From contig OZ004608.1 of the NCBI GenBank assembly GCA_963924565.1, positions 1,736,001-1,800,000 on the forward strand: a stretch of DNA of 64,000 nt, in the 5' to 3' direction. Under the pieces are notes generated by a model that searched no databases, was not told where the DNA came from, and saw nothing but the letters and a program-made list of their open reading frames with translations. A program made the translations under genes and the position numbers. Shown here piece after piece: positions 53,090 through 64,000 of the stretch. Source of the DNA: Ascidiella aspersa. Its lineage: Eukaryota. The stretch's first letter is position 1. Each line of letters begins with the position of its first letter.

Positions 53090-53240
53090 TCTCGCGCGTC
53101 GACAGCTATCCTCAATTATTGATGCGTCGAGACGGCCTCTGTGACGCAATAGAAGCGCGTCGCGAGCTTTGCGGGAAGAAAGTCGAACCGCGAGATCTGA
53201 CGTTTATAAATGGCGCAAAATTTGTCAGAGGTTTGACACG
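53090..53240 (+). promoter_or_regulatory. Candidate core promoter (CpG-rich, TATA box), possibly for the downstream GPCR
   Basis: Dense CGCG run 53092-53200, TGACG half-sites at about 53053, 53142 and 53198, TATAAAT at 53205-53211. Candidate first donor AA|GTAAGC at 53996, and an acceptor AATCAG at 62836 just 5' of the GPCR ATG. Confidence 0.4.
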
Positions 53241-54280
53241 AAAGGTGGCGAAGCAAGGAGATTGCTCACTTTGAAAACGTCGGTTAAAAATTTAAGGTTT
53301 TGTTAAAAACTGACTTCGGCAAGTTGATATATTTTTGCTTTTTTGGGGGGGGGATTCCGAATCCATGAAAACTGAAAATTAAACTGTAGACCGCTTCTTT
53401 GGAAATTTACGGTTTGAGTGAAAGCAGACCTGGGCGACCAGATTTATTTTAGCTTTTAAAATTAGATTGGAATTACCGAATTCTTGAAAAACACGAAGTT
53501 ACAATTTAGTCTGCTTTTGGAACAAGTTGGTTAAAATTTTGAAGTTGTGTTGAAAGAGCAGAAATGTATAGTTTTTTAATTAAAATACGAAGAATTTAAG
53601 TCGCCGTGTGCGATTTTGCGTTTAATGCAGAATTAAAGCTAAACAACCAATTTTGCACAAAAGCGAACTAGCATTGGCAGCGTTATTGCACAGAAGTAAC
53701 CAAAAAACAAAAAAAGTTCATAAAAAGAAAAAGGTGGCTCAATCTTTCCAAAGCGTTGTAGTTTTCGTAGCAAACCAGGAGCCACATCACATAGAAATTG
53801 AACACCAAGCAAATCCAACAAGGTCAAAATCCCTCTTAAACCACTTTTCAAGGCGTAGGCGTAATGCAAACCTGAACACTCAAGGTACAGTATTTTATGC
53901 AAAACAGAAAACTTGGTAAAAAAAAGTGTCAAAACGTACCAAACCACCCACTTAGAAACACCTTCTAAGGCGGATTGGAGACCACAAAAACTTAAGTAAG
54001 CCGCTAATGCAAGTTTAACAGCAGGTAAACACCCCAGTTTCTAGCGGCAAAATTCAGCTGCAATGTAAGATGAGTCGAACTAAGTGCTTCCTCAATTCGA
54101 AGCTGGTGTCGCAGCCTTTAGTCGAAGCAGAGCGGATTCGAGCCGCGATGTTGTGGCGAAACTGAGCCAGTTCAACACGTGGCCGCTTAAAACTGTCGCT
54201 ATTAAACTGTTGGTTGTGGTACCTTAGTGAGCCTTGGGAGATCGTTTTGTTACTTTGGAAAATAACCTAGTTGTTGGCGT

Positions 54281-54430
54281 GAGGTTGTAGTTAGACGTGC
54301 AATAAATACCAAAGCCCATACAGAAATAGGAAGCATTTTGTGAACGTTTTAATAAATGTATATTTATTCGGAACATTTAAAATGTGCTTCCTATTTCTGT
54401 ATGGGCTTCAATTTTTATCGTAGGTCCAAC
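54281..54430. repeat. Fold-back pair of the AAAGCCCATACAGAAGTAGG repeat family
   Basis: Perfect 24-bp inverted repeat 54312-54335 / 54385-54408. Single arms recur at about 42543-42622, 47000-47075 (-), 48196-48268, 52710-52790 and 55618-55692. Confidence 0.85.
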
Positions 54431-57400
54431 CTAATTGTTGTTTTGTTATGGAAAATTAGCTATTTCAACTAGCCATGTAAAAAAAGAATAGTGTATAATT
54501 TTGTCGAATATATAGCAGAATAGTTAGTTTAGTGGTCCTCCAACTGTGTGCTCGTGAGATTTTCAAATGTACCACAAACCTTCTTGTTTTTTTAAACAAT
54601 GTGTTACTCCAAATATACAAGCAGGCGAGTTAAGTTAATGGCATATTGGCGTCTGTCTGGTATAGTTAGGCCGAGGATGATTGTCAGGTTTTAGTTCTTC
54701 TGTTAAAAGAATGCATAAAAGCCCAAAAAACATAAGACTCTGTTTTAGAGTCCATGTATTCAGCTACTAATCGACTACTTCGTGTTTTTTGTCCAGTTTC
54801 AATTTAAATGGGGTTAAATGATGGATAACTAAAATATATTATTTTTGGAAAAGTTTAAAGTTTAAATGTTGATTCTGTGTGAACTTTTGTCGCCCGGCTT
54901 AGATTTTAAAATGGGTGATTAAGCTGTGGTTTTGAGAAGGTTGAACAACACGAACTTCAATTGATCGTGGAACAATCCAGATAGCTTTGGCGTGCCAGTC
55001 TAATAAAGCGCCTTGGGAATTCGATCAGGTTTACAGTTTAAACGCAAAAGTTATTTCATTTTAAATTTGATCGTGCATAAAGTTTGGAAATCTGTTGGCA
55101 CATTATAACGTATTAAAATACAATTGTATTAACATGTTGACAAACTTTTGCACAATCGTGCTTTATCAGGTCAATGTAGAAAATATTAAACAAATACGGA
55201 TCCAACAAAAATTTGCATTAATTTTTTTATAATTTTTTTCCCAAACTTTGTTTTTTGGGTTCGAATCATTAGTTGCAATGCTCCAGAACATTTTTTTGAT
55301 TTTTAAAGGCAAAGTCTTGTGTAATAGGGATTGACTTTACGCACAACTGTAGGTATATTAGTTACTCACCGAACACACCATTGTTAGGTTTACAGTGTGA
55401 TATATGGAAAATAAAAACTTGATTTATTTAAACCTCGTGTGTCTGTGGCTGACTTTGGTGTCTTAAAAATCGATTTCTTGCTTTTATAAAGTTACAAGCT
55501 CGCGCTTAAATATCGGGCGTCTGGGGAATTCAGACATTAAGCGTCATCAGCAACACTCGTACTAAAACGAATGGTTGTAATTTAAAAACTAAAATGTGAC
55601 TTCTGACACTGATAATAGCTGGAGGATTTAGTTAGAATGAATATTAAAGCTCATACTGGAGTATGCAGGATTCTGTGGACGTTTCGAATCACTCTTAATA
55701 TAATGTCTGGGGGTTGTATTAGAGTTAGACGAATAAATACCAAAGTCAATTTGCCTAATGCGCCAATATTTTTTTTAAATCCAACATTTCTCTACCCAAT
55801 TTCACTAGTTTTTAGCTGGAATTACCAGTTCTTCTCGTAATTTACATTTTTTAGGCCAGAAAATCCCCCTATTCAGAGGCACACCGTTCCTACACGTCCC
55901 ACCACACGGTCTTAGTCAGATCCTTCAATTTTTTCGAACATGCACTTTAGGCATGTGAGAGCCACGAAAGCTTCAGCATCCGTGTTTTGTTCAGTTTTGA
56001 CAACGTTTAACGCGTCACCTCATGATGCTTCCTCCAGACAATGTTCGCCACTTTGTGATGCGAAGTGTTTACACCGCTGTTGTTTGTAACAAATGACAAA
56101 CAACGGGAAAACGTGAGCGCATATGGCATTGTTCCCAAACAATGGGTCGCTACCCAAATTGTGTAAAATGAAGCCGTTTGATTTTTTTGTTGGGCCGCCA
56201 GCCGCAGTAGATCACATGATTAGATTTATTGAGTATATTTCGAGCAATATTTATACGATATTAAACCGGTGTTAACAAGGATTTTTTCAAAAATGGCCGC
56301 ATAACTGTAAAACCTGACCATCGCAGGCCGGATAAATGTTGTGAATTACGATCGCCGGCTGGATTTTTGTCGAACTTTGTTAACTTGGATATAGTTATTT
56401 AAGAAATATAAATAAATGTGCAATATAACAATTGTAGACCGCCTTAATAAATTGTCGTACAGTTTAAAATATCGTCTCAATTTAGTTTGAAATTACATTC
56501 GACAAAATTTTAACTGGACTTTATATCTCTATTTTTATCTTTATTTAATATGTCGCGTACTGGATTTAATTAACCTGGCGGGTCGGATCTGGACCGCGAG
56601 CTGTACTTTGGTGACCCTTGATCTAAATCAGTGTCTCTCAACCTATTAGTCAACAAAGCTCTTCAAAAAAAAAAAAAAATTAAAAAATTTCCTTAACTTA
56701 ACCAAGTGTCATTTTGCAACAAATCGAGTAAAACACCTTTTGCGGTTAGATGTTGGGTTCAAATTGTTAGGATGAGGTTGAATCGGAAATGCAAGCCCTC
56801 TTGGCTTCCTTTGAACAGAGGAAGTTTTCAGCTCAATTTAACAACATACTGAAACGAAAACATTGGTGAGAGATTAGGCTTCTAACGTGGGCTGATAAAT
56901 GTTCTGTGTTGCAACAGCTTTAAATGCGCCAAACGCTGTGTTATTTAGCTTATTGTACAGGGTCTATTGGTTTTATCTTAGATTTTAATTGCTAGTTTGC
57001 TAAACTCGGATCTTTTAACAGTGTCTGATCTGATTTATTAGCTTTGCTAGAGTATTCTGCTGTTAGTGTTCAGGAATTTAGGTAGACATGTATTTGAAAG
57101 GGTCAAGGTGATTTTCATCACTTATTCAGTGCAACATTAATAAACTTAGTATAGTTTTTCAACAGTTGATTGTTGCCTCCCAACAAAAGTATTAATTAAC
57201 TGCGATTTTCATTAATTTTATTAAAGGGAACATTCGAAAACTTGCACTTATACGCAGTTGAACCTATAGTTTGTATCTCGTTAATTATGAGTTGGTTTGT
57301 AAATGTTGTACGCCCTCATTTCTTTATTACTATGATTTTGGGCTTTGTTTTAAATCAAAGTTACTACGTATTTTGCAGCCCAAAGGTATGAAAATGTTCA

Positions 57401-60400
57401 ATTAAAAAGTAAATATCTCAAATTTTGCGGCCAAAGTCATATTATAAAGTTCTCGGACTTGACTGTTCACAAATCATATCATAATTTCGTATTTCAAAAT
57501 GTGCTGGGATCTATATAGTTGTGATTTAAAACACACGAATATATTGAGCGCCTTTCAAATGTGATGCAACGTGATATTGATTTTAGGAAATACGACGCGG
57601 ATTGAAATACAAGGGACTTGATTAAACTTGATAGAGTGTGTCTTGTTTTATTGAAAGGTGTCACTTTAATGCGACTTCAAATTACGATTTGTCATGCAAC
57701 GTGAATGAATTTAATTATTTTTTGACACCGATTGACGGATTGTGGGGTTAAAACATAATTAAATTCATATTTTTCAATGTGCAACCAAAATTGCTTGATA
57801 TGTTAGAGTCAAAAAGGTTTTCGAATTTGGTGGAAGTCAAGTCATTTGTCTAAATACCTTTTATTTATTAAATTTGCACAACAGGCTTAAGTCAAGTCAT
57901 TTAAGTGCTTGGCGTAAGCCCCAGTAGGGTGATTCGTTTCAAAAACTCACTATTTTTGCATAAAGTTACTATTTTTGCATAAAATACTTTATTATAACTC
58001 AACTAATCTAAAGTCTAAAGCCAAGTCATTTATTGAAACTCAAATACTTTTTTTAAGCTGTGATATTTGTTGTTTTTTTGTCTTGGCGTAAATGTAATCG
58101 GCGAAGTGTTTAAATTGTCCATTTGTAGACCACAAAAAGATTTTTTGCATAAGTTTTAGTTTAGTTGCAAAACACGAAGCAGATCACAATTGTCAGCGGC
58201 GCGATATTTTTAGAAAGCGACAAATCGATAAAACCACTGAAATGTCGGCGGCATGTCTCTTCGTAGAAAGCACACATTACACGTTCAAGTTTAATTTAGT
58301 TACAGACAGCTTTCATCGCCGAATCCACACCGAATAAAACAGGATGGTTAAAGTAAAATTGACAAAAAAAATTTAAATTTCTTCAATCGGAAAAGATATA
58401 ATAAAAAGTTTGCCAACCTAAGGTTAAAGCATAAAAAAGTTATTTCAAATTTAAAATATCTTTAAAAAGTTACGACCCATAACAGTTTAATCCACAACAT
58501 TTTTCACAAGATAATAATTAATGCAACAAGTAAAATGCAAAAATAAAAAGTTAAACTTAAACCGCTTAAAAACATATACATGCCATTTTACCAGAACAGC
58601 CGCTAAATCAAAAACAAAAGCTCCATTCCACTTTATTCTATTATACAAAACAACTCAACCTGCAACACATACAGAAAATCTCGCAGACGACTTAAAACGG
58701 CCAAAAAACGGGGCCAAAATAGGATCCGGCTTTTACAAAAAAGCCAAGGCCAATTAATTGCGGCCTAATGTCACTCGAGGTCGCTAAGCCGGTCGAGAGG
58801 TCGAGCTTCATCTGGAACCTTCTTTTATCTGGAACCTTCGGCCATCCCCCGGCGCCAATCACCTGAATTATTTATGATTTCTATGCCGGCCCCGATCCCT
58901 TCTGTGACATCATGGCCGGTGTGTTTGTGGGGGGAGGGGGTCATTAGCGCGCAATAAATCCCCGGTTGCGTGGTGTGTTCCCACTTCTAGATGAAGCGGC
59001 TGAATAATGCATTCGAGAAAGCTGGAGTGGCGGTTTCGTTCGCCTTTTTTTTCTTGATGTCATTCGCGGTCGCACAAACCATGTCGAAATAAACTAACTA
59101 AAGTAAGTGAAGCTGTTTCCTATGGCAATTAAAAAGACAATATAAAAAAGGTTGACAAACGCTTTCTAGCCCCAGTCATGCTGGGTCGGGTGGCTTCGAA
59201 AAAACTATTTTTGTGTAATATTTCGTCATTGCTGGCATTATACTGCGCTGGTAGGCGTAGCTGAGTGGCGTAAATAACAACTGTGATTCCATTACTTTTC
59301 CAACAGTTTCTATTTATTACGCCTATTGTGTGATTTCGCCTTTGCATGCCAACTAAAGCGTGGAGACACAAGGTACACAACATGCTCTAGGGTCGCCATA
59401 AAATACTTGCCTTGTTTTGGAAGCCTTTGAAAGTGTTTTCCAAAAGTCTTTGAACAGTCTTTGTATTTTTTATGTACAGCTTAGGTTATGCGTGTAAAGG
59501 GTATATGAAAAACATTTTTTAAACTAATTATTTGTTATGTTGTTGACCATGTTTTGTTTTTGATTTATATTTAAAAAACGTTAAGTGTTCCAACTTAAGG
59601 TCTTAGAAGATTTTCGTTGAAAAGTCATTTGATTGATTTGCATTTTGAAACGTCTTTAAAAGACCTCATGACTTTCCGATAGTCTTTGAATTTATTATAT
59701 GTGCGCAGTATAAGTCATTTGGTTAGAAAGTGCGTTAGTAAAACAAATGTTTTAAATTATTTGTTATTGTGTTTACCACAGGATCTGGACTGTGTTTTTT
59801 TTAAGTATTTAAAGTTTTTAAAACATAAGAAAAGTTGTGTTAAGCTTAAAACGGTTGGAAGCATTGCGCTAAGCCTTTATTTAACTGTAGGTTCTGGTTG
59901 TGCAATTTGTTTCACGCGGTATATTGTTCACGCTTTCCTCTTTCTACTACAGAGGCATATGTCGCAATTCAGCCAAAAAACAAGGCCGTTTTAAGGCCGA
60001 CTCTTTTTTCTGACTTTCTAGGTTTTAGTCTATTTCCTCAAAATTGTGATCACAAATGGTCTACTTTTGTGCAACCAAGCAAGAAAATGCAGCAAAAACA
60101 TGCTAAAAAACGGCCCAAATCTGGCCGTAAAAAGAGTGCTGATGTTTTCAAAATGGGCCAATTGTGGTGGCGAAGTATGGTGAGCTTATGGTGGTAATAG
60201 ACCCGAGACCCAAGGGCGGATACGGCTGTAATATAAGATTGCTGGGCGATTGTGCTTACTGGGAATAATTGAGCGGGGAAAAAGTTAGACTTAACCACGT
60301 GGGGTAACTTTACTGCTAATGTGTGCAACTGGGAGAGACGCTAACTTAATAATCCTAAGGTCTCTAAGACTAAGTTTGACTGAAAATATGTAAAACTATA

Positions 60401-62853
60401 TCTGTTGAATAATTGTTACGAAACATGTGTGCTCTGTTTTAAAATTCAATAAATTAGGAAACCAAACATGTTTATAAAGTCAAGTTTAAACCCGGTGGTA
60501 TTCACTTTTAAAGAAAAATAAATTTAAGTCAGCAAAAAATGTGTTTTATGTCTTCGTCTTATAAGAAAAAAAGAACGAATGTAGAATCTAATTGATTTAG
60601 TGCTTGGGCAATATTTTTTATGCCAATTTGTAGTTTTACGTGACGTGACAAGTTAATGCTGAATTTAAACTGAACTAAACTTCGTGAAAATACGTCGCAG
60701 CCCTAATTTTTTTGGATTACAATTTAAAAAACTAAGGTAAACGGTGTAACAAACTAAACGAAAAAAATCTAGTAAAATGGGACAAAAATAACAAGGGCTT
60801 GGATTATCAAAACTCTAACACGAGAATAATTTTTAAACAGTTGCGCAATTGCAATAAACTTAAAAACTAAAAAAACAGTCAGTTCGTTACAGACTCCTTG
60901 TTAACCTCAATGCATTAAACATTGGCCGTGGTTTTGCCAATTGCTTTTCTCCTGGCATTATTGTAGGCGCAATATTCTGCAGCTATAGGCTTGCTATTGT
61001 GGGCTTGGAAGCCGCAGACGAGCCTTGTATTGTGGTGATGGTCGTGCACGTGTATACAAAAGCATAACCACAGATGGTGGTCGTATAGACGTTACCGCTA
61101 TATGTGCTTGTTACAAGCGCTTTGCTAACGAAATTGGTTCGGGGAAATGCTGATTTTGAGAAATCTAGTGAATTTTTGGAATCTGTTTTTTAATTGATTG
61201 TATTTAAACGTTTATGTTCTGAGAGTGAGTATTTTTTACAAATAAACAAGGCCAAAATATTCTTTAAAATGAATTTAGCTGATTACAAACGTTTGGGACT
61301 AGCTAATGGCATTAAGTGAAGATAATAGTTAAACGTTTGCAACAACGACATAATAAATAGAATGTTCTGACTTTGTCAGTTTTATAGAAATCACTGAAAA
61401 CCCGTGTATTATGTATTGAAGGTGGTGGTTTTGTGAGAAATTGAAGAGGAATATATTTTGCAAATAGATATTAAACCATCAGTCTCTAGATTTCATAAAA
61501 CATTTTGTATTTTATATGTCGTTATATAATTGTAGAGGAAAGAAGATATATTTTAATGAAATTTCAGTTTGCTGATTACAGAAACTAAGGTATTTTTTAC
61601 ATTTTTATTTTCCTTTTAAAACTAGAGTTGAGCTGTTTAGGCAAATTGTTAATAATCCAATTTAAACACAGTTAAACAAGAGTGCAATTGGGTTTTGACG
61701 CCAAATAACAGCAAAATGAAGCTTGTATAATCCATAGTTGACATGTGATAGTAGTTGTACTGGTTTGTGTTGTCTGTTAAACTCACTACTGTGTGTTGCT
61801 GTGATGGATACCTTGTTTTAACCAGAGCAAGTGAGTTTGCAATGACAAAATGTTCTAATAAACAACCCTTTCGATAACGCATATACGCTTGGAGCCAAGC
61901 AAATACAGCAGCGAGATTTTTATTCGGTTATGTTATTCAGTTTCTACGTCAAGCAATTTTAAAGTTATTTAAAGCGTTGTGAAATAATGAAAAGAACAGT
62001 GACTTTCCATGGAAAATGCTAAAATGGTAGTTTCAAGATTTCGAGCAGTTACGCGATGCGTTTTTCCTTCTGTTTAAACAAATTTAAACGCAGGCTTAAA
62101 GCAGAGACGGCTAGGCCTATATTGTTTCTATATATCGCTGTAGAAACAAGAAATACTTCCTGTGATTTTTAATTTTTAATCCTGGTCCACACTAGACTCG
62201 TGCGCTTTCGGCCGCGGAAGTTGAAATATTTAAACTTTGACGCTTTCGGTTAGAAGCGAGGAAATTTACCGCTAACGCTGACGGACGACGTTAGACGCAA
62301 AACGCGTCATAGTTCAAACTATAACCTTAGCAGTTGCTATGATTATAAAGTACTGTTTGCTTAATGAAAAAAGCTAAAAGTGAGAGAATAATTCATAAAA
62401 CCAGCAACACTGACACTGTGTGTGAACTGTTGGACGCTAGCGCTTGAATCTAGATGCTTAACACGCCTAATGTGAACCAGCCTTAATGGTTAATTCCTCT
62501 CAATGAGGGTTGACTGTTGATACTACGCAGTGGTTTACAATTATGTATTCGTAGAGTGTCGTGTCAATGTACGTTGAAAAACGTTTTAAAAATACACAGA
62601 TATCCCACAAAATACGTAATAGCTGTTTGTTCTTTGAAATGAAAGCGTCGAATTTCTTGTTTTGCAATGATTTTGAATGGCAGTCAGATAGTGTTATATC
62701 GATAAACGGAAAAAAAAATTTGCAAAGCCCACTGGAGTTATGAGAAAAATACATTTTATAATCCTTATTTTCTTTTTTGCATAAATAGCAAAAAATTGAA
62801 CTAATTATAGTCAAATAAACGACAATCCTTAATCAGTGGAAAAGAAACTGAAA

Positions 62854-63802
62854 ATGTCAAGCGCGATAAATCGCAGTTCAGGGATTTCCCCGCGGTTCTT
62901 CCCCGACCTGCAGAACAACGTGGTGCAGCTTAACACGGACCACCAGGGTCTGGCCACCGATGGCAATCTATCCGTGGCGGTGGAGTACAAGTGTGGGCCA
63001 CTTAGGGAGGCTTACGTCCAGGTTGGCTGTCAGTCACTTATATTCAACGTTAAGTCTACCAATCTCTTATCACTTTATACTCTTACTGCCAGTTATTGTA
63101 TGAATTGTTAAATTGTTTTTTCGGAAATATTTTTTTTATTCAATGTACCGACGTTTTCTCACTTATTTTTTACCAAATATTTGTAAATAGGCACATGTGT
63201 ACCTCAATCTATCGGTTATAGCCATTATAAACATGATTGTTGTTAAACTTCGCGGTAAACAAATAACTTGAAAATCGCCCGTAAACAGAGCGATGGGGAG
63301 AATACTAAATATCTTAATATTATCAGTTTTCTAATGGATAGTGTGCTTTAAAATCTGTCTTTGAACTGCAAGAGTTTTTTTTTTAAATAAATTCACTAAA
63401 AAATTGGTATTTCAAAAAAAACGAGTAGATATTTTTCAAAGAACCTTTCAAAAAAACAAATTCGCGTCACACTTGAGAATATATGAATCTCCACTGGTGT
63501 AAAACAGTATATTTTGAAAAACAACAAGAATCAATGACGCAACAAAGGCCATTTTTCTCACTCCTCTTCCTCCCCACAGGGCATCTCGGTCCTCCCAGCG
63601 CTTGTAGCTTTCGAGAACCTCGCATTCTTGGTCGCCATCTTCCTGAACCGAGCCAAGCTCAAGCACAACAACGTATACCGCTACGTGGCAAGCGCACTCG
63701 TCGCAAACTTGGTCACAAGCGCCCTCGGATTTTACCACTTCGTCAACTACTTCTACGGCTTCGAACCGACGACCCCCAACAATTGGTGGGCCTTCAGGAA
63801 AG
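62854..63802 (+). CDS. Class A (rhodopsin-like) GPCR, MECA-cluster-like, 5' part only; exons 62854-63021 and 63580-63802, continues beyond the window
   Basis: N-terminus with N-glycosylation sequons (NRS, NLS). TM1 GISVLPALVAFENLAFLVAIFLN has EN at 1.49-1.50 as in melanocortin, S1P, cannabinoid and GPR3/6/12 receptors. A basic ICL1 (RAKLKHNNVY) precedes TM2 RYVASALVANLVTSALGFYHF. Strong acceptor (cctccccacag) and donor (G|GTGAGT). Confidence 0.78.
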
Positions 63803-63921
63803 GTGAGTGATTGATTTCCTCATGAAGACGCTTGTATGCTGTTCCTTTGTAAATGTCCGTATTTGTCTAATTCTAAATAGGGTTCAGGTGTCATTATATA
63901 AAGACAAATTGTATTGAATCT

Positions 63922-63957
63922 CGTCAAGCTTTCGCACAACCGTGCTTCATCAAGATT
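63922..63957 (-). ncRNA. Inverted second copy of the hammerhead motif (UUGAUGA core variant)
   Basis: The - strand reads aatc-TTGATGA-a-gcac(ggtt)gtgc-GAAA-gc-TT-gacg. It forms a perfect 28-bp inverted repeat (63925-63952 versus 63970-63997) with the + copy. Confidence 0.55.
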
Positions 63958-63964
63958 TCTCCTT

Positions 63965-64000
63965 TGACCTGATGAAGCACGGTTGTGCGAAAGCTTGTCG
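63965..64000 (+). ncRNA. Minimal type I hammerhead ribozyme motif (Penelope-like element type) with intact core
   Basis: tgac-CTGATGA-a-gcac(ggtt)gtgc-GAAA-gc-T-T-gtcg: stem I (t)gac/gtc(g), CUGAUGA core, 4-bp stem II with tetraloop, GAAA, palindromic AGCT mini stem III, predicted cleavage after 63996. Confidence 0.72.

Noticed and set aside
53639-53947. Overlapping 88-aa and 102-aa ORFs
   Set aside because: Non-ATG starts, low-complexity composition and no homology recognised; more likely UTR or intergenic sequence.

Overview
AT-rich, intron-containing invertebrate animal DNA; a tunicate/ascidian origin is plausible but is only an inference. Five protein-coding genes can be assembled exon by exon with consistent splice phases. 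They are NDUFAF3 (+, 4 exons), glycogen branching enzyme GBE1 (-, 15 exons, about 693 aa, with one U12-type minor intron), a class I ARF GTPase with an intronless CDS (+), CCDC91/p56 (+, 12 exons, about 463 aa), and the first two coding exons of a class A GPCR resembling the MECA cluster (+, runs off the window end). About 31 kb between CCDC91 and the GPCR has no recognisable coding sequence. It holds CpG-rich patches, CRE and E-box motifs, a TATA candidate and many short non-autonomous transposons. Repeats across the window include hAT-type elements with 8-bp TSDs, a GG-terminated Merlin-like family, a Tc1/mariner relic and tRNA-derived SINE heads. The most notable non-obvious signal is a set of minimal type I hammerhead ribozyme motifs of the kind carried by Penelope-like retroelements: an inverted pair in a GPCR intron (one copy with an intact core) and four decayed copies of a second family at 41.8-45.0 kb. 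Other highlights are the GBE1 minor intron and the tight tandem pairing of ARF with the GGA-binding partner CCDC91. Most ORFs in the supplied six-frame track are spurious.
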